DNA from: Flavobacterium sp.
GTDB lineage: Bacteria > Bacteroidota > Bacteroidia > Flavobacteriales > Flavobacteriaceae
DNA length: 64,000 bases
Assembly (NCBI RefSeq): GCF_046317795.1
Contig: NZ_JBKCVI010000087.1
Coordinates: forward strand, 3,438 to 67,437
Reading direction: 5' to 3'
In this document: positions 39,916-50,303 of the stretch, piece by piece
Layout of the letters: each line of letters begins with the position of its first letter
How positions within the stretch are numbered: position 1 is the first letter of the stretch
Position numbers and translations under genes: made by a program
The notes under the pieces: model-generated
Told to the model about the DNA's origin: nothing
The model's input: only the letters and a program-made list of their open reading frames with translations
The model's database searches: none

Positions 39916-40269
39916 ATGAGTTTTTTAAAAAATCTAACAGACACCTATCCTATTTTGAAAATTCTTGGAAATAGATATGTCATTGTGTTAGCTTTTTTTA
40001 TCGTTTGGATGCTTTTTTTAGACAATACTTCTTATATGGAACAACGCATTTTAAACAAGCAGTTAAATGAACTTGAAGATAACAAAAAGTATTATCAAAA
40101 TGAGATTAAAAAAGATGATGAAAATATCAAACTTCTCAAAAATCCTGACCAGATAGAAAAATATGCTCGCGAGAAATATTATATGAAACGCGACAGTGAA
40201 GATATTTACATCATTGAATTTGAAGATGACTCTTTAAACGAAGAACAATCAAAATCAAAATCTTTATAA
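39916..40269 (+). CDS. Septum formation initiator (FtsB/DivIC family)
   Basis: TM helix, coiled coil, EKYAREKYYMK. Confidence 0.85.
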   Translation: MSFLKNLTDTYPILKILGNRYVIVLAFFIVWMLFLDNTSYMEQRILNKQLNELEDNKKYYQNEIKKDDENIKLLKNPDQIEKYAREKYYMKRDSEDIYIIEFEDDSLNEEQSKSKSL

Positions 40270-40278
40270 ATAAAAACC

Positions 40279-41637
40279 ATGGCAGAGCATTTATTTGAAG
40301 AATTCAATCCTGTGTCTTCCAAACAATGGAAACAACTCATTCAATACGAACTTAAAGGTGCTGATTATAACGATACTTTGGTTTGGGAAAGTCCTGAAGG
40401 CATTAAAGTAAAACCATTTTATCATAATGATGAAGATATAGTAAAATTTGACATCAACACTACAAAAAATAGTTTTTCCATTCTGCAAAACATCTACGTA
40501 CACGATGTTGCCTTATCCAACAAAAGAGCTTTCGATACATTAAATCGCGGTGCCGATAGTATTCGATTTACAATAGAAAAGGATACTGTTTCTATTGAAG
40601 ATTTAATGGATAAACTTCCTTTAAAAAATACACAGTATTTTTTTTATTTGCCATTCCTTTCCATTGATTTCGTCAATAAAATCAATGCGTTTGTTACCAA
40701 AAATCATGCTAAATGTCACATTCAAATTGATCCTATTGGACAATTAGCTAAAGATGGAAATTGGTTTGATAACTTAGATAAAGATTTTGAAAAACTGAAT
40801 ACAATTAGCAACAAAATTTCTATTCCTTTTTTAACTATAAATAGCGGAATTTACCAAAACGCAGGTGCCAATATGGTCCAACAATTAGCGTATACTTTGG
40901 CCCATGTAAACGAATACTTCAATAGAATTCAAAATATAAATCAAGCTATTACTATTGAAGTTTCTGTTGGAACCAATTACTTTTTTGAAATTGCCAAACT
41001 TCGAGCTCTACGTTTATTGTTCAAAACTTTGGCAAAAGAATATAATCATAACTTAGATTGTCACATTATTTTAACTCCAACAAAACGAAACAAAACATTA
41101 TACGATTACAACGTAAATATGTTGCGAACCACAACCGAATGCATGTCGGCAATTTTGGGCGGAGCCAATAGTATTGCCAATCTTCCTTATGATTCTTTGT
41201 ACCACAAGGACAATGAATTTGGTGATCGAATCGCTAGAAATCAATTGTTGATTTTAAAACACGAAAGCTATTTTGACAAAGTCAATAATCCAGCTGATGG
41301 TGCTTATTATATTGAAAACCTAACTGAGCAATTGGCCGAAAAAGCATTACTATTATTTAAAGAAATTGAAGCTAATGGTGGTTTCATCACTCAATTAATC
41401 GAAGGCAACATTCAAAAGAAAATCAGTGAAAGTGCCACCAAAGAACAGGAACTGTTTGACAGTGGAAAAGAAAATTTATTAGGAACCAACAAATATCCAA
41501 ACAAAAACGATAGCATGAAAAACGATTTGGAATTGTACCCTTTTGTCAAACAAAATCCTCGCAAAACGTTAATTACACCGATTATAGAAAAGCGATTGGC
41601 TGAGAAATTAGAACAAGAGCGATTAGCATCAGAATAA
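40279..41637 (+). CDS. mutA: Methylmalonyl-CoA mutase small (beta) subunit
   Basis: EGIKVKPFY, YQNAGA, FFEIAKLRALR, NMLRTTTE, RIARNQLLIL..ES, NPADGAYYIE.LT. Confidence 0.9.
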   Translation: MAEHLFEEFNPVSSKQWKQLIQYELKGADYNDTLVWESPEGIKVKPFYHNDEDIVKFDINTTKNSFSILQNIYVHDVALSNKRAFDTLNRGADSIRFTIEKDTVSIEDLMDKLPLKNTQYFFYLPFLSIDFVNKINAFVTKNHAKCHIQIDPIGQLAKDGNWFDNLDKDFEKLNTISNKISIPFLTINSGIYQNAGANMVQQLAYTLAHVNEYFNRIQNINQAITIEVSVGTNYFFEIAKLRALRLLFKTLAKEYNHNLDCHIILTPTKRNKTLYDYNVNMLRTTTECMSAILGGANSIANLPYDSLYHKDNEFGDRIARNQLLILKHESYFDKVNNPADGAYYIENLTEQLAEKALLLFKEIEANGGFITQLIEGNIQKKISESATKEQELFDSGKENLLGTNKYPNKNDSMKNDLELYPFVKQNPRKTLITPIIEKRLAEKLEQERLASE

Positions 41638-41662
41638 TTCATAACTTTATCAAAAAGAAACT

Positions 41663-41899
41663 ATGGAAGCGATAAGACAAACTGTTAAAGTTAAAAACCA
41701 TACCATTAATATTATTTTACCTGAAGATTTTAATGCCGATTTAGTGGATGTAATTATATTGCCATCTCAAAATAATGAGTATTCAATTCCACAATGGCAA
41801 ATTAATGAAGTTAGAGAAAGAACTCTTGAATTTTTCAAAAACCCATCTATAGCTTTAGATTTTGATGATGTTATGAAAGATTTAGAAAATGATTTATAA
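41663..41899 (+). CDS. Putative addiction-module antitoxin
   Basis: 78 aa; C-terminal IPQWQINEVRER...DFDDVMKDL; overlaps downstream ParE-like gene. Confidence 0.7.
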   Translation: MEAIRQTVKVKNHTINIILPEDFNADLVDVIILPSQNNEYSIPQWQINEVRERTLEFFKNPSIALDFDDVMKDLENDL

Positions 41900-42191
41900 G
41901 TTAAAAATATTTCCAAAAGCTAAATCTGATTTAAGTGAAATTTCATCTTGGTATGAAGATATTCAAAAGGGATTAGGCAAGAGATTTTTAAAAAATGTAA
42001 GCTTAGAAATGAAAGTTGTAAAAAGCAATCCGATTTCATTTCAGATAAGATATGATACGACAAGAGTTGTTTTAATTAAAAAATTTCCTTATTTAATTCA
42101 TTATGAAATTATTGACAATGAAATTTTAATAAAAGCAGTAATTCACACGTCAAGAGATACTAAAAACTGGAAAAATAAAACCGATTATTAA
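41889..42191 (+). CDS. RelE/ParE family toxin
   Basis: YKL.I.PKAKSDL.EI..WYE....LG.RF...NP......R......KFPY.IHY......I.AV.H.SR. Confidence 0.88.
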   Translation: MIYKLKIFPKAKSDLSEISSWYEDIQKGLGKRFLKNVSLEMKVVKSNPISFQIRYDTTRVVLIKKFPYLIHYEIIDNEILIKAVIHTSRDTKNWKNKTDY

Positions 42192-42192
42192 A

Positions 42193-44349
42193 TTGAGAAA
42201 AAACATCCAACATTTAAAGCTAGAAGTCGGAAGTCAGAAGTCAGAAGTTTCTGGAAATGACCATTTTTTAACCGCTGAAAATATTGAGATCAAATCCAAC
42301 TATTCAAAAGAAGATATAGTTGGGTTGGAACATATCGGTTTCGGTGCTGGCTTTGCCCCTAACCTACGCGGTCCTTATGCCACGATGTATGTTCGTCGTC
42401 CTTGGACCATCCGTCAATATGCGGGATTTTCTACTGCCGAAGAAAGTAACGCATTTTATAGAAGAAATTTAGGAGCTGGACAAAAAGGATTGTCTGTAGC
42501 ATTCGATTTAGCTACACATAGAGGTTACGACTCTGATCACGAACGTGTTTTTGGCGATGTAGGAAAAGCGGGGGTTGCTATCGATTCCGTAGAGGACATG
42601 AAAATTCTTTTCGACCAAATTCCATTGGGCGAAATGTCGGTTTCCATGACCATGAATGGTGCGGTTTTACCCATTATGGCTTTTTATATTGTAGCTGCCG
42701 AAGAACAAGGTGTTGCTCCAGAATTACTTTCGGGAACGATACAAAACGATATTTTGAAGGAGTTTATGGTGCGCAATACCTATATCTATCCACCAACGCC
42801 TTCCATGAAAATCATTGCTGATATTTTTAAATACACCAGCAAAAAAATGCCAAAATTCAACTCAATTTCTATCTCGGGATATCACATGCAAGAAGCGGGA
42901 GCCACTGCCGATATTGAATTGGCTTACACCCTAGCCGATGGTTTAGAATACATTCGAACTGGCTTATCAACAGGAATGAAAATCGATGAATTCGCACCTC
43001 GCCTATCTTTTTTCTGGGCAATTGGGATGAATCATTTTATGGAAATTGCCAAAATGCGAGCAGGTAGAATGTTGTGGGCAAAATTATTAAAACAGTTCAA
43101 TCCAAAAGATGAAAAATCCCTAGTGCTTCGAACCCATTGCCAAACTTCGGGTTGGAGTTTAACCGAACAAGATCCCTTTAATAATGTGGCTCGAACTACA
43201 ATTGAAGCAGCAGCAGCGGTATTTGGAGGAACTCAATCGTTACACACCAACGCGTTAGACGAAGCAATTGCTTTACCAACCGATTTCTCAGCTCGAATTG
43301 CCCGAAATACTCAAATATTTTTACAGGAAGAAACTAAAATTTGCAAAACTGTTGATCCTTGGGCTGGCAGTTATTATGTAGAAAGTTTGACAAACGAAAT
43401 TGCGCAAAACGCTTGGAAATTAATTGAAGAAGTAGAAGAACTAGGTGGCATGACGAAAGCCATAGAAGCCGGAATTCCAAAATTACGTATCGAAGAAGCA
43501 GCAGCAAGAAAACAAGCTCGAATTGACAGTGGTAAAGATATTATTGTAGGCGTCAACAAATACCGCTTGGACAAAGAAGATCCATTACAAATTTTAGATG
43601 TTGATAACGATATGGTGCGCAAGCAACAAATTGAGCGTTTAACCCAAATAAAAGCCACTCGAAACAACACAAAAGTTGCCGAATGTTTGACAAAATTAAC
43701 TGCTTCTGCAAAGAAGTCAACGGAAAACACTACAGATTCTAATAGTCATCTGAATGACAATTTATTATCTTTGGCTGTAGAAGCAGCACGAAATAGAGCC
43801 ACATTGGGTGAAATTAGTGATGCTTTGGAAGTAGTTTTCGGAAGATATAAAGCACAAATTAAAAGTTTTAGCGGCGTGTATAGTAAAGAAATCAAGAATG
43901 ATGAGAGTTTTGAAAAGGCAAAACAATTAGCCGACGCTTTTGCTAAGAAAGATGGTCGTCGTCCTAGAATTATGATTGCCAAAATGGGACAGGACGGACA
44001 TGATCGGGGTGCTAAAGTAGTTGCAACCGGTTATGCCGACGTAGGTTTTGATGTAGACATTGGACCATTATTTCAAACTCCAGCAGAAGCTGCCAAACAA
44101 GCTGTAGAAAATGATGTGCACATTCTTGGCGTTTCCTCATTGGCAGCCGGACATAAAAAATTAGTTCCACAAGTCATTGAAGAATTAAAAAAATTCGGAC
44201 GCGAAGATATGATGGTGATTGTTGGCGGCGTAATTCCTGCCCAAGATTACCAGTTCCTTTTTGATGCTGGTGCTGTTGCTGTATTTGGTCCTGGAACAAA
44301 AATTAGTGAAGCAGCTATAACTATTTTGGAAGTGCTATTAGCAGAATAA
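42193..44349 (+). CDS. mutB: Methylmalonyl-CoA mutase large (alpha) subunit
   Basis: [23 protein letters not shown]12-binding [11 protein letters not shown]; TTG start uncertain. Confidence 0.96.
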   Translation: MRKNIQHLKLEVGSQKSEVSGNDHFLTAENIEIKSNYSKEDIVGLEHIGFGAGFAPNLRGPYATMYVRRPWTIRQYAGFSTAEESNAFYRRNLGAGQKGLSVAFDLATHRGYDSDHERVFGDVGKAGVAIDSVEDMKILFDQIPLGEMSVSMTMNGAVLPIMAFYIVAAEEQGVAPELLSGTIQNDILKEFMVRNTYIYPPTPSMKIIADIFKYTSKKMPKFNSISISGYHMQEAGATADIELAYTLADGLEYIRTGLSTGMKIDEFAPRLSFFWAIGMNHFMEIAKMRAGRMLWAKLLKQFNPKDEKSLVLRTHCQTSGWSLTEQDPFNNVARTTIEAAAAVFGGTQSLHTNALDEAIALPTDFSARIARNTQIFLQEETKICKTVDPWAGSYYVESLTNEIAQNAWKLIEEVEELGGMTKAIEAGIPKLRIEEAAARKQARIDSGKDIIVGVNKYRLDKEDPLQILDVDNDMVRKQQIERLTQIKATRNNTKVAECLTKLTASAKKSTENTTDSNSHLNDNLLSLAVEAARNRATLGEISDALEVVFGRYKAQIKSFSGVYSKEIKNDESFEKAKQLADAFAKKDGRRPRIMIAKMGQDGHDRGAKVVATGYADVGFDVDIGPLFQTPAEAAKQAVENDVHILGVSSLAAGHKKLVPQVIEELKKFGREDMMVIVGGVIPAQDYQFLFDAGAVAVFGPGTKISEAAITILEVLLAE
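42222..42249 (+). repeat. 4x heptamer (RGAAGTC) inside the mutB 5' end
   Basis: AGAAGTC GGAAGTC AGAAGTC AGAAGTT, encoding EVGSQKSEV. Confidence 0.85.
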
Positions 44350-44451
44350 AAATATTAAAAATTAGTTTAAACAAAAACAAATTTTATTATCTTTAACATT
44401 TGTAAAACTTTGTAAGTAATCTAAAATTAGTATTAATCTATCTCTATTATT

Positions 44452-44967
44452 ATGAAAAACAAAATTTTTAAAAGGATGATTTTATGTTCATTAACTATTC
44501 TTTTTATTGCCTGTCAACCCAAAAAAGAAGAACCAATTGGAATAGATAAAGAACAAATTAAAAACGAAATACAAGCCATCGAAAACAAGATGGCAGAAAT
44601 GTTTAATGATCGAAATGTAAATGCGTCTCATTACTATGATGTAAATGCCGTAAGTTTTTCTCAAAACAAACCACCAATTGTTGGAAGATTTGATATCGAG
44701 AAATCTATTAAAGAAGACCTAGCTGGTTTTCCAAAAGGATACCAAATTGCGTTTGTAGTAAATGAAATTTTTCCTTCCTCTGATGGAATACAAGTGGTGG
44801 AAATAGGTAACTATAGAGTTTCAGACTCAACAAGCACAGCTTTGTATACTGGAAATTATATTGCTGTTTTTGAAAAAATAGATGGTAAATATCTTTGCGT
44901 TAGAGATATGTCTGCATCAGATAGAAGATTAGAAAGTAAGGAAGAAGCAGAAAAAGAAAAAAAATAA
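44452..44967 (+). CDS. SnoaL/DUF4440 (NTF2-like) lipoprotein
   Basis: Lipobox FIAC; PPIVGR..I, VVEIGNY, GNYIAVFEK.DGKYLCVRDM. Confidence 0.75.
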   Translation: MKNKIFKRMILCSLTILFIACQPKKEEPIGIDKEQIKNEIQAIENKMAEMFNDRNVNASHYYDVNAVSFSQNKPPIVGRFDIEKSIKEDLAGFPKGYQIAFVVNEIFPSSDGIQVVEIGNYRVSDSTSTALYTGNYIAVFEKIDGKYLCVRDMSASDRRLESKEEAEKEKK

Positions 44968-44993
44968 TTTAAAAAGCAAATATTCTTTTTACT

Positions 44994-45027
44994 AAAAAAA
45001 GCATCTCTAAAATGAGGTGCTTTTTTT
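44994..45027 (+). terminator. Intrinsic terminator
   Basis: AAAAAAAGCATCTC-taaaat-GAGGTGCTTTTTTT. Confidence 0.75.
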
Positions 45028-45072
45028 GTTCCAAATTAATAAAAATAGTACTTTTAAAACCAATTACAATAT

Positions 45073-46200
45073 ATGTCTAAACTTCCACATATTGGCACAA
45101 GCATTTTTACCGTAATGTCGCAAATGGCTTCAGAACATAATGCTATCAATCTTTCGCAAGGTTTTCCCAATTTTCCAGTTGACGAAAGATTGACCTCAAT
45201 TCTTACTGGTTTAGCCAAAGAAAATATTCATCAATACACTCCCATGAGTGGTTTGCCTTCACTTTTGGAAAAAATAACCAATCTGACAAATCAATCTTAT
45301 CAGAGAATTATTTCACCGAAAGAAGAAATTCTAATTACTGCTGGTGCTACCGAAGGAATTTTTGCCACCATTCAAGCTTTGGTAAAAACAAACGACGAAG
45401 TAATTATCCTTGACCCCTGTTACGACTGCTATGAAGCCCCTATTTTATTAAGTAATGCCAAACCTATTCGGATTTCACTTAGTGATGATTTTACGCCCAA
45501 TTGGGAAAAAATAGCTAATGCTACCAATAAAAATACCAAACTCATTATTATCAACAATCCGCATAATCCAACTGGAAAAACATGGACAGAGAATGATTTT
45601 TTACAACTAGAAAAATTAGTGGATGCCTACCCTAACCTACACGTACTTTCGGATGAAGTATATGAATACATCACTTTTGAACAAAAACATATTTCGGTGC
45701 ATCATCGTCCTAAACTTTGGGAGAAAAGCATTATCATTGGCTCTTTCGGAAAATCATTTCATATTACGGGTTGGAAAGTCGGCTATGTTATTGCTCCCGA
45801 AAACTTAATGATAGAAATTAAAAAAGTACATCAGTTCTTGGTTTTTAGCGTTAGCAGTATTGCTCAACATGCCATCAATGAATATATCAATTTGGTCGAT
45901 GTGAATGCCATTGGAAAGTTTTACCAACAAAAAAGAGATTTCTTCCAAAACCTACTTAAAGACACTAAATTGAAACTTATGCCTTGCGAAGGCACCTATT
46001 TTCAAGTGGCTTCTTATGCTTCAATTTCAAATGAAAATGATATAGATTTCACCAAACGATTGGTTACCGAATTTGGTGTGGCAACTATCCCTATTTCAAC
46101 TTTTTATGCCAATAATAAAGACAATAAATACATACGATTTTGCTTTGCCAAAGACGATAAAACCTTGATACAAGCCGCAGAACGATTGCGAAAATTATAA
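45073..46200 (+). CDS. Methionine aminotransferase (YbdL-like, PLP class I/II)
   Basis: INLSQGFP, NNPHNPTG, SDEVYE, SFGKSFHITGWKVG, IRFCFAK. Confidence 0.9.
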   Translation: MSKLPHIGTSIFTVMSQMASEHNAINLSQGFPNFPVDERLTSILTGLAKENIHQYTPMSGLPSLLEKITNLTNQSYQRIISPKEEILITAGATEGIFATIQALVKTNDEVIILDPCYDCYEAPILLSNAKPIRISLSDDFTPNWEKIANATNKNTKLIIINNPHNPTGKTWTENDFLQLEKLVDAYPNLHVLSDEVYEYITFEQKHISVHHRPKLWEKSIIIGSFGKSFHITGWKVGYVIAPENLMIEIKKVHQFLVFSVSSIAQHAINEYINLVDVNAIGKFYQQKRDFFQNLLKDTKLKLMPCEGTYFQVASYASISNENDIDFTKRLVTEFGVATIPISTFYANNKDNKYIRFCFAKDDKTLIQAAERLRKL

Positions 46201-46233
46201 TTAAAATTATATCTTTACTAAAAAATAAAACTT

Positions 46234-47115
46234 ATGAATTTTTCAGCAAAAATGCTTCGTGATAATGCTTTATCAGACAAAGTAATAGTAGTAACTGGTG
46301 GCGGAAGTGGCTTGGGCAAAGCCATGACCCAATATTTTTTAGAACTTGGTGCCAAAGTGGCCATCACTTCTAGAGATTTAGAAAAATTAAAAATCACCTC
46401 ATCGGAACTCGAAAAACAAACGGGTGGAAAATGCCTCCCTATTCAGTGTGATGTTCGTCATTATGACCAAGTAGAAGCTATGCTTGCCGAAGTATTAAAA
46501 ACCTTTGGTAAAGTTGATGTTTTACTGAACAATGCCGCTGGAAACTTCATCTCACCTACCGAAAGATTATCGGCCAATGCCTTTGATACCATTATTGATA
46601 TTGTCCTGAAAGGTTCCAAAAACTGTACTTTGGCTTTCGGAAAACATTGGATAGCAACCAAACAAACCAACTGCAATGTTTTGAATATCGTGACTACCTA
46701 TGCTTGGACAGGTTCGGGTTATGTAGTACCAAGTGCTACAGCCAAAGCTGGAGTATTAGCGATGACGAGAAGTTTGGCGGTAGAATGGGCAAAATATGGT
46801 ATTCGAATGAACGCCATTGCTCCTGGACCATTTCCTACCAAAGGCGCTTGGGACCGATTATTACCCGGCGATTTAGCCGAAAAATTTGACATGGCGAAAA
46901 AAGTGCCGTTACGAAGAGTTGGTGACCATCAAGAATTAGCCAATTTGGCTGCCTATTTAGTTTCCGATTTCTCTGCCTATATCAATGGTGAAGTGATTGT
47001 TATTGATGGTGGCGAATGGTTGCAAGGCGCGGGACAATTTAATATCCTTGAAAAAATCCCTCAGGAAATGTGGGATATGCTGGAAGTAATGATTAAGAAT
47101 AAAGGGAATAAATAG
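46234..47115 (+). CDS. SDR oxidoreductase (2,4-dienoyl-CoA reductase-like)
   Basis: TGGGSGLG, NNAAGNF, SATAKAGV, IAPGP. Confidence 0.88.
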   Translation: MNFSAKMLRDNALSDKVIVVTGGGSGLGKAMTQYFLELGAKVAITSRDLEKLKITSSELEKQTGGKCLPIQCDVRHYDQVEAMLAEVLKTFGKVDVLLNNAAGNFISPTERLSANAFDTIIDIVLKGSKNCTLAFGKHWIATKQTNCNVLNIVTTYAWTGSGYVVPSATAKAGVLAMTRSLAVEWAKYGIRMNAIAPGPFPTKGAWDRLLPGDLAEKFDMAKKVPLRRVGDHQELANLAAYLVSDFSAYINGEVIVIDGGEWLQGAGQFNILEKIPQEMWDMLEVMIKNKGNK

Positions 47116-47122
47116 TTTTTTT

Positions 47123-47210
47123 GGTTTCGGGTTACAAGTTGCGAGTTTAAAAAACTTCAAAATCTTTACAATCAATTGACAACTCGAAACCTTTAACTCG
47201 TAACTCGTAA
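47123..47210. repeat. Inverted degenerate heptamer repeat (CGAGTT/AACTCG)
   Basis: tttcgggttacaagttgcgagtt ... acaactcgaaacctttaactcgtaactcgtaa. Confidence 0.7.
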
Positions 47211-47291
47211 ATTTACCACATTGTTAACAAAATTCCGTTGGCAAAGCCATAAATAATTGTATTTTTACGGCTCAAAATCTACAAAAAATAA

Positions 47292-48059
47292 ATGGGTAAA
47301 ATCATTGCTATTGCCAATCAAAAAGGCGGTGTTGGGAAGACAACCACTTCGGTTAATCTTGCAGCATCACTGGGAGTTTTAGAAAAAAGAGTGTTATTAA
47401 TTGATGCAGATCCACAAGCCAATGCAAGTTCGGGATTGGGCATTGATGTGGAAAATGTTACCATTGGTACTTATCAGATTTTAGAACATAGTAATATTCC
47501 CGAAGAGGCCATTATTGCTTGTTCTTCACCCAATGTTTGGGTAATTCCAGCGCATATTGATTTGGTTGCGATAGAAATTGAATTAGTAGATAAAGAAAAC
47601 CGCGAATACATGCTCAAACAAGCATTGGAAACCATCAAAGACCAATACGATTATATCATTATTGATTGCGCACCATCATTGGGTTTACTAACCTTAAATG
47701 CTTTAACCGCTGCCGATAGTGTTCTAATTCCAATTCAATGTGAATACTTTGCTCTGGAAGGTTTGGGCAAATTATTAAACACGATTAAAAGTGTACAAAG
47801 AATTCACAACGCCGATTTAGATATTGAAGGTCTTTTACTAACCATGTTTGACTCGCGTTTGCGTTTGTCGAATCAAGTGGTGGAAGAAGTGCAAAAACAC
47901 TTCAACGATATGGTTTTCAAAACTATTATTCAACGAAATGTAAAATTGAGCGAAGCGCCAAGTTTTGGAGAAAGTATTATTAACTTTGACGCAACAAGCC
48001 GAGGTGCTTCAAATTACTTAAGTTTGGCACAAGAAATTATCAAAAAAAACAGCAAATAA
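47292..48059 (+). CDS. parA: Chromosome partitioning ATPase ParA/Soj
   Basis: NQKGGVGKTTT, DADPQAN, DCAPSLG, QCEYFALEG. Confidence 0.96.
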   Translation: MGKIIAIANQKGGVGKTTTSVNLAASLGVLEKRVLLIDADPQANASSGLGIDVENVTIGTYQILEHSNIPEEAIIACSSPNVWVIPAHIDLVAIEIELVDKENREYMLKQALETIKDQYDYIIIDCAPSLGLLTLNALTAADSVLIPIQCEYFALEGLGKLLNTIKSVQRIHNADLDIEGLLLTMFDSRLRLSNQVVEEVQKHFNDMVFKTIIQRNVKLSEAPSFGESIINFDATSRGASNYLSLAQEIIKKNSK

Positions 48060-48062
48060 GCC

Positions 48063-48962
48063 ATGGCAAAAGCGATACAAAAACAAGCGTTAGGAAGAGG
48101 ATTATCTGCTCTATTAAAAGATCCTGAAAATGATATTAAATCCATAGGTGATAAAAATGCCGATAAAGTTGTTGGGAATATCATCGAACTAGATATTGAT
48201 GCGATTGAAATTAATCCGTTTCAACCGAGAACAAATTTCAATGAAGATTCATTACAAGAATTAGCTTCTTCCATCAAAGAATTAGGAGTTATACAACCCA
48301 TTACTGTACGAAAATTGGATTTCAACAAATACCAATTAATATCAGGAGAAAGACGTTTGCGTGCTTCTAGATTAATTGGACTTGCTACTGTTCCAGCTTA
48401 CATTAGAATTGCCAATGACAATGATTCATTAATCATGGCATTAGTAGAAAACATACAACGTCATGACTTAGACCCTATAGAAATTGCGCTTTCTTACCAA
48501 AGATTAATTGACGAAATCCAACTGACACAAGAACAAATGAGCGATAGAGTTGGAAAAAAACGTTCAACTATTGCTAACTATCTTCGATTGTTGAAATTAG
48601 ACCCGATTATCCAAACCGGAATTCGTGATGGTTTTATCAGCATGGGTCATGGTCGCGCCATTATCAATATCGATAACCAAGAGGTTCAAACCGATATTTA
48701 CCAAAAAATAGTCAGTCAAAATCTATCTGTTCGTGAAACAGAAGCTTTAGTAAAAAATTATCAAGACAGTATAAAACCTACTCCAGCTAAAGCTAAAAAA
48801 AACACTACTTTTACTATTGATGATGAGCAAAAGAAGGCGTTTGGAAATTTCTTTGGTACCAAAATAGACGTAAAAGTAGCTGGAAATGGAAAAGGGAAAA
48901 TCACCATTCCATTTCATTCGGAGGAAGATTTTAACCGCATTATCAAATTAATAAAAGGTTAG
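48063..48962 (+). CDS. parB: Chromosome partitioning protein ParB/Spo0J
   Basis: LGRGL.ALL, NPFQPR, GERRLRA, ENIQR.DL.PIE. Confidence 0.96.
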   Translation: MAKAIQKQALGRGLSALLKDPENDIKSIGDKNADKVVGNIIELDIDAIEINPFQPRTNFNEDSLQELASSIKELGVIQPITVRKLDFNKYQLISGERRLRASRLIGLATVPAYIRIANDNDSLIMALVENIQRHDLDPIEIALSYQRLIDEIQLTQEQMSDRVGKKRSTIANYLRLLKLDPIIQTGIRDGFISMGHGRAIINIDNQEVQTDIYQKIVSQNLSVRETEALVKNYQDSIKPTPAKAKKNTTFTIDDEQKKAFGNFFGTKIDVKVAGNGKGKITIPFHSEEDFNRIIKLIKG

Positions 48963-49516
48963 TGAATAGGTTACTTTACATAGCTCTATTTTTTATTCTA
49001 TTTGGAAATCAAAATGTTTTTTCTCAAGAAATCGGCGATGTTATCATTGCAAAAGACACCACAAAACTTCAAGAAATAGATCCACTAAGACCCTCCAAAG
49101 CGGCGTTTTATTCAGCCATTTTACCTGGATTGGGCCAAGCATATAATAAAAAATACTGGAAAATACCTCTAGTTTACGGAGCTATTGGAACTAGTATGTA
49201 TTTTTATTTGGATAACAATAAAAAATACCATAGTTACCGTGATGCTTATAAAAAGAGATTACTCGGACTTCAAGATGAATATGATTACCTTGATGACTCA
49301 AGACTAATAGCAGCACAACGATTTTACCAACGAAATAGAGATTTATCTTTATTGGTGACCATCGCTTTTTACGTTTTAAACATTGTGGATGCCAATGTTG
49401 ATGCCCATTTAACTCAATTCAATGTAAGTGAAAAATTATCACTCGCACCCGATATTTATCAAAATGAATTTACGGCAAAACCGAACATAGGTCTAACTTT
49501 TAATTACAAATTCTAA
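48962..49516 (+). CDS. DUF5683 domain protein
   Basis: PSKAAFYSAILPGLGQAYNKKYWK, IVDANVDAHL. Confidence 0.85.
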   Translation: MNRLLYIALFFILFGNQNVFSQEIGDVIIAKDTTKLQEIDPLRPSKAAFYSAILPGLGQAYNKKYWKIPLVYGAIGTSMYFYLDNNKKYHSYRDAYKKRLLGLQDEYDYLDDSRLIAAQRFYQRNRDLSLLVTIAFYVLNIVDANVDAHLTQFNVSEKLSLAPDIYQNEFTAKPNIGLTFNYKF

Positions 49517-50224
49517 ATGAAAATAGCTTTATTAGGATATGGTAAAATGGGTAAAGTGATTGAAAGAATTGCTTTGGAAAGAGGACACGAAATTGTTCTG
49601 AGAAAAGACGACACCAATACTTTTGAAGGACTATTATCTGCCGATGTTGCTATTGATTTTAGTGTTCCTAATGCAGCTGTAAGCAATATCTCTGCCTGTT
49701 TTAATGCTGGAATTCCTATTGTTTCGGGAACTACAGGTTGGCTAGAAAATTATCATGAAATGGTTTCACTTTGCGAAGAAAAAAATGCCGCCTTTCTTTA
49801 TGGTTCCAATTTTAGTTTGGGTGTAAATTTGTTTTTTGAATTGAACGATTATCTGGCTAAAATAATGTCGAAGTTCAAAGAATATAAGGTTTCTATGGAA
49901 GAAATTCATCACACCGAAAAACTTGACAAACCCAGCGGAACCGCTATTTCATTGGCGAATGCGGTTATCAATCATTCCGATAAAAACAATTGGGCTATCG
50001 AAAACCCAAAAGAAGATGATTTGTTTATTGACGTCAAACGAATTGAAAATGTGCCAGGAACACATACTGTTACTTACAATTCTGAAGTGGATTTTATTGA
50101 AATCAAACATGTGGCTCACAATCGAGAGGGATTTGCTTTAGGTGCTGTCGTTGCTGCCGAATGGATTATTGGTAAAAAAGGTGTTTTTTCGATGAAGGAT
50201 GTACTTGATTTAAATTCCAAATAA
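49517..50224 (+). CDS. dapB: 4-hydroxy-tetrahydrodipicolinate reductase
   Basis: GYGKMG, GTTGW, NFSLG, EIHH..K.D.PSGTA, FALGA. Confidence 0.95.
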   Translation: MKIALLGYGKMGKVIERIALERGHEIVLRKDDTNTFEGLLSADVAIDFSVPNAAVSNISACFNAGIPIVSGTTGWLENYHEMVSLCEEKNAAFLYGSNFSLGVNLFFELNDYLAKIMSKFKEYKVSMEEIHHTEKLDKPSGTAISLANAVINHSDKNNWAIENPKEDDLFIDVKRIENVPGTHTVTYNSEVDFIEIKHVAHNREGFALGAVVAAEWIIGKKGVFSMKDVLDLNSK

Positions 50225-50303
50225 CAAATTCCAAATAACAAAAACTGTAACAAATTTTATCATAAACAAACTTATACACTTATAACCTTTTAAAAATAAC
50301 ATC

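Noticed and set aside
40200-45072. Cobalamin, SAM or FMN riboswitches upstream of mutAB, the methionine aminotransferase, or ribH (57957-58035)
   Set aside because: Leaders are short or occupied by terminators/repeats; no aptamer consensus seen.
47211-47291. oriC or parS near parAB; scattered TTATYAACA DnaA-box-like words (~19140, ~24280, ~57390)
   Set aside because: No box cluster, no dnaA, no TGTTTCACGTGAAACA-like parS; such words are expected by chance in AT-rich DNA.
50213-50248. 14-bp direct repeat AAATTCCAAATAAC x2 at the dapB end, and similar short tracts near 33655 and 53650
   Set aside because: Too short and AT-rich to interpret beyond the general microsatellite class already reported.
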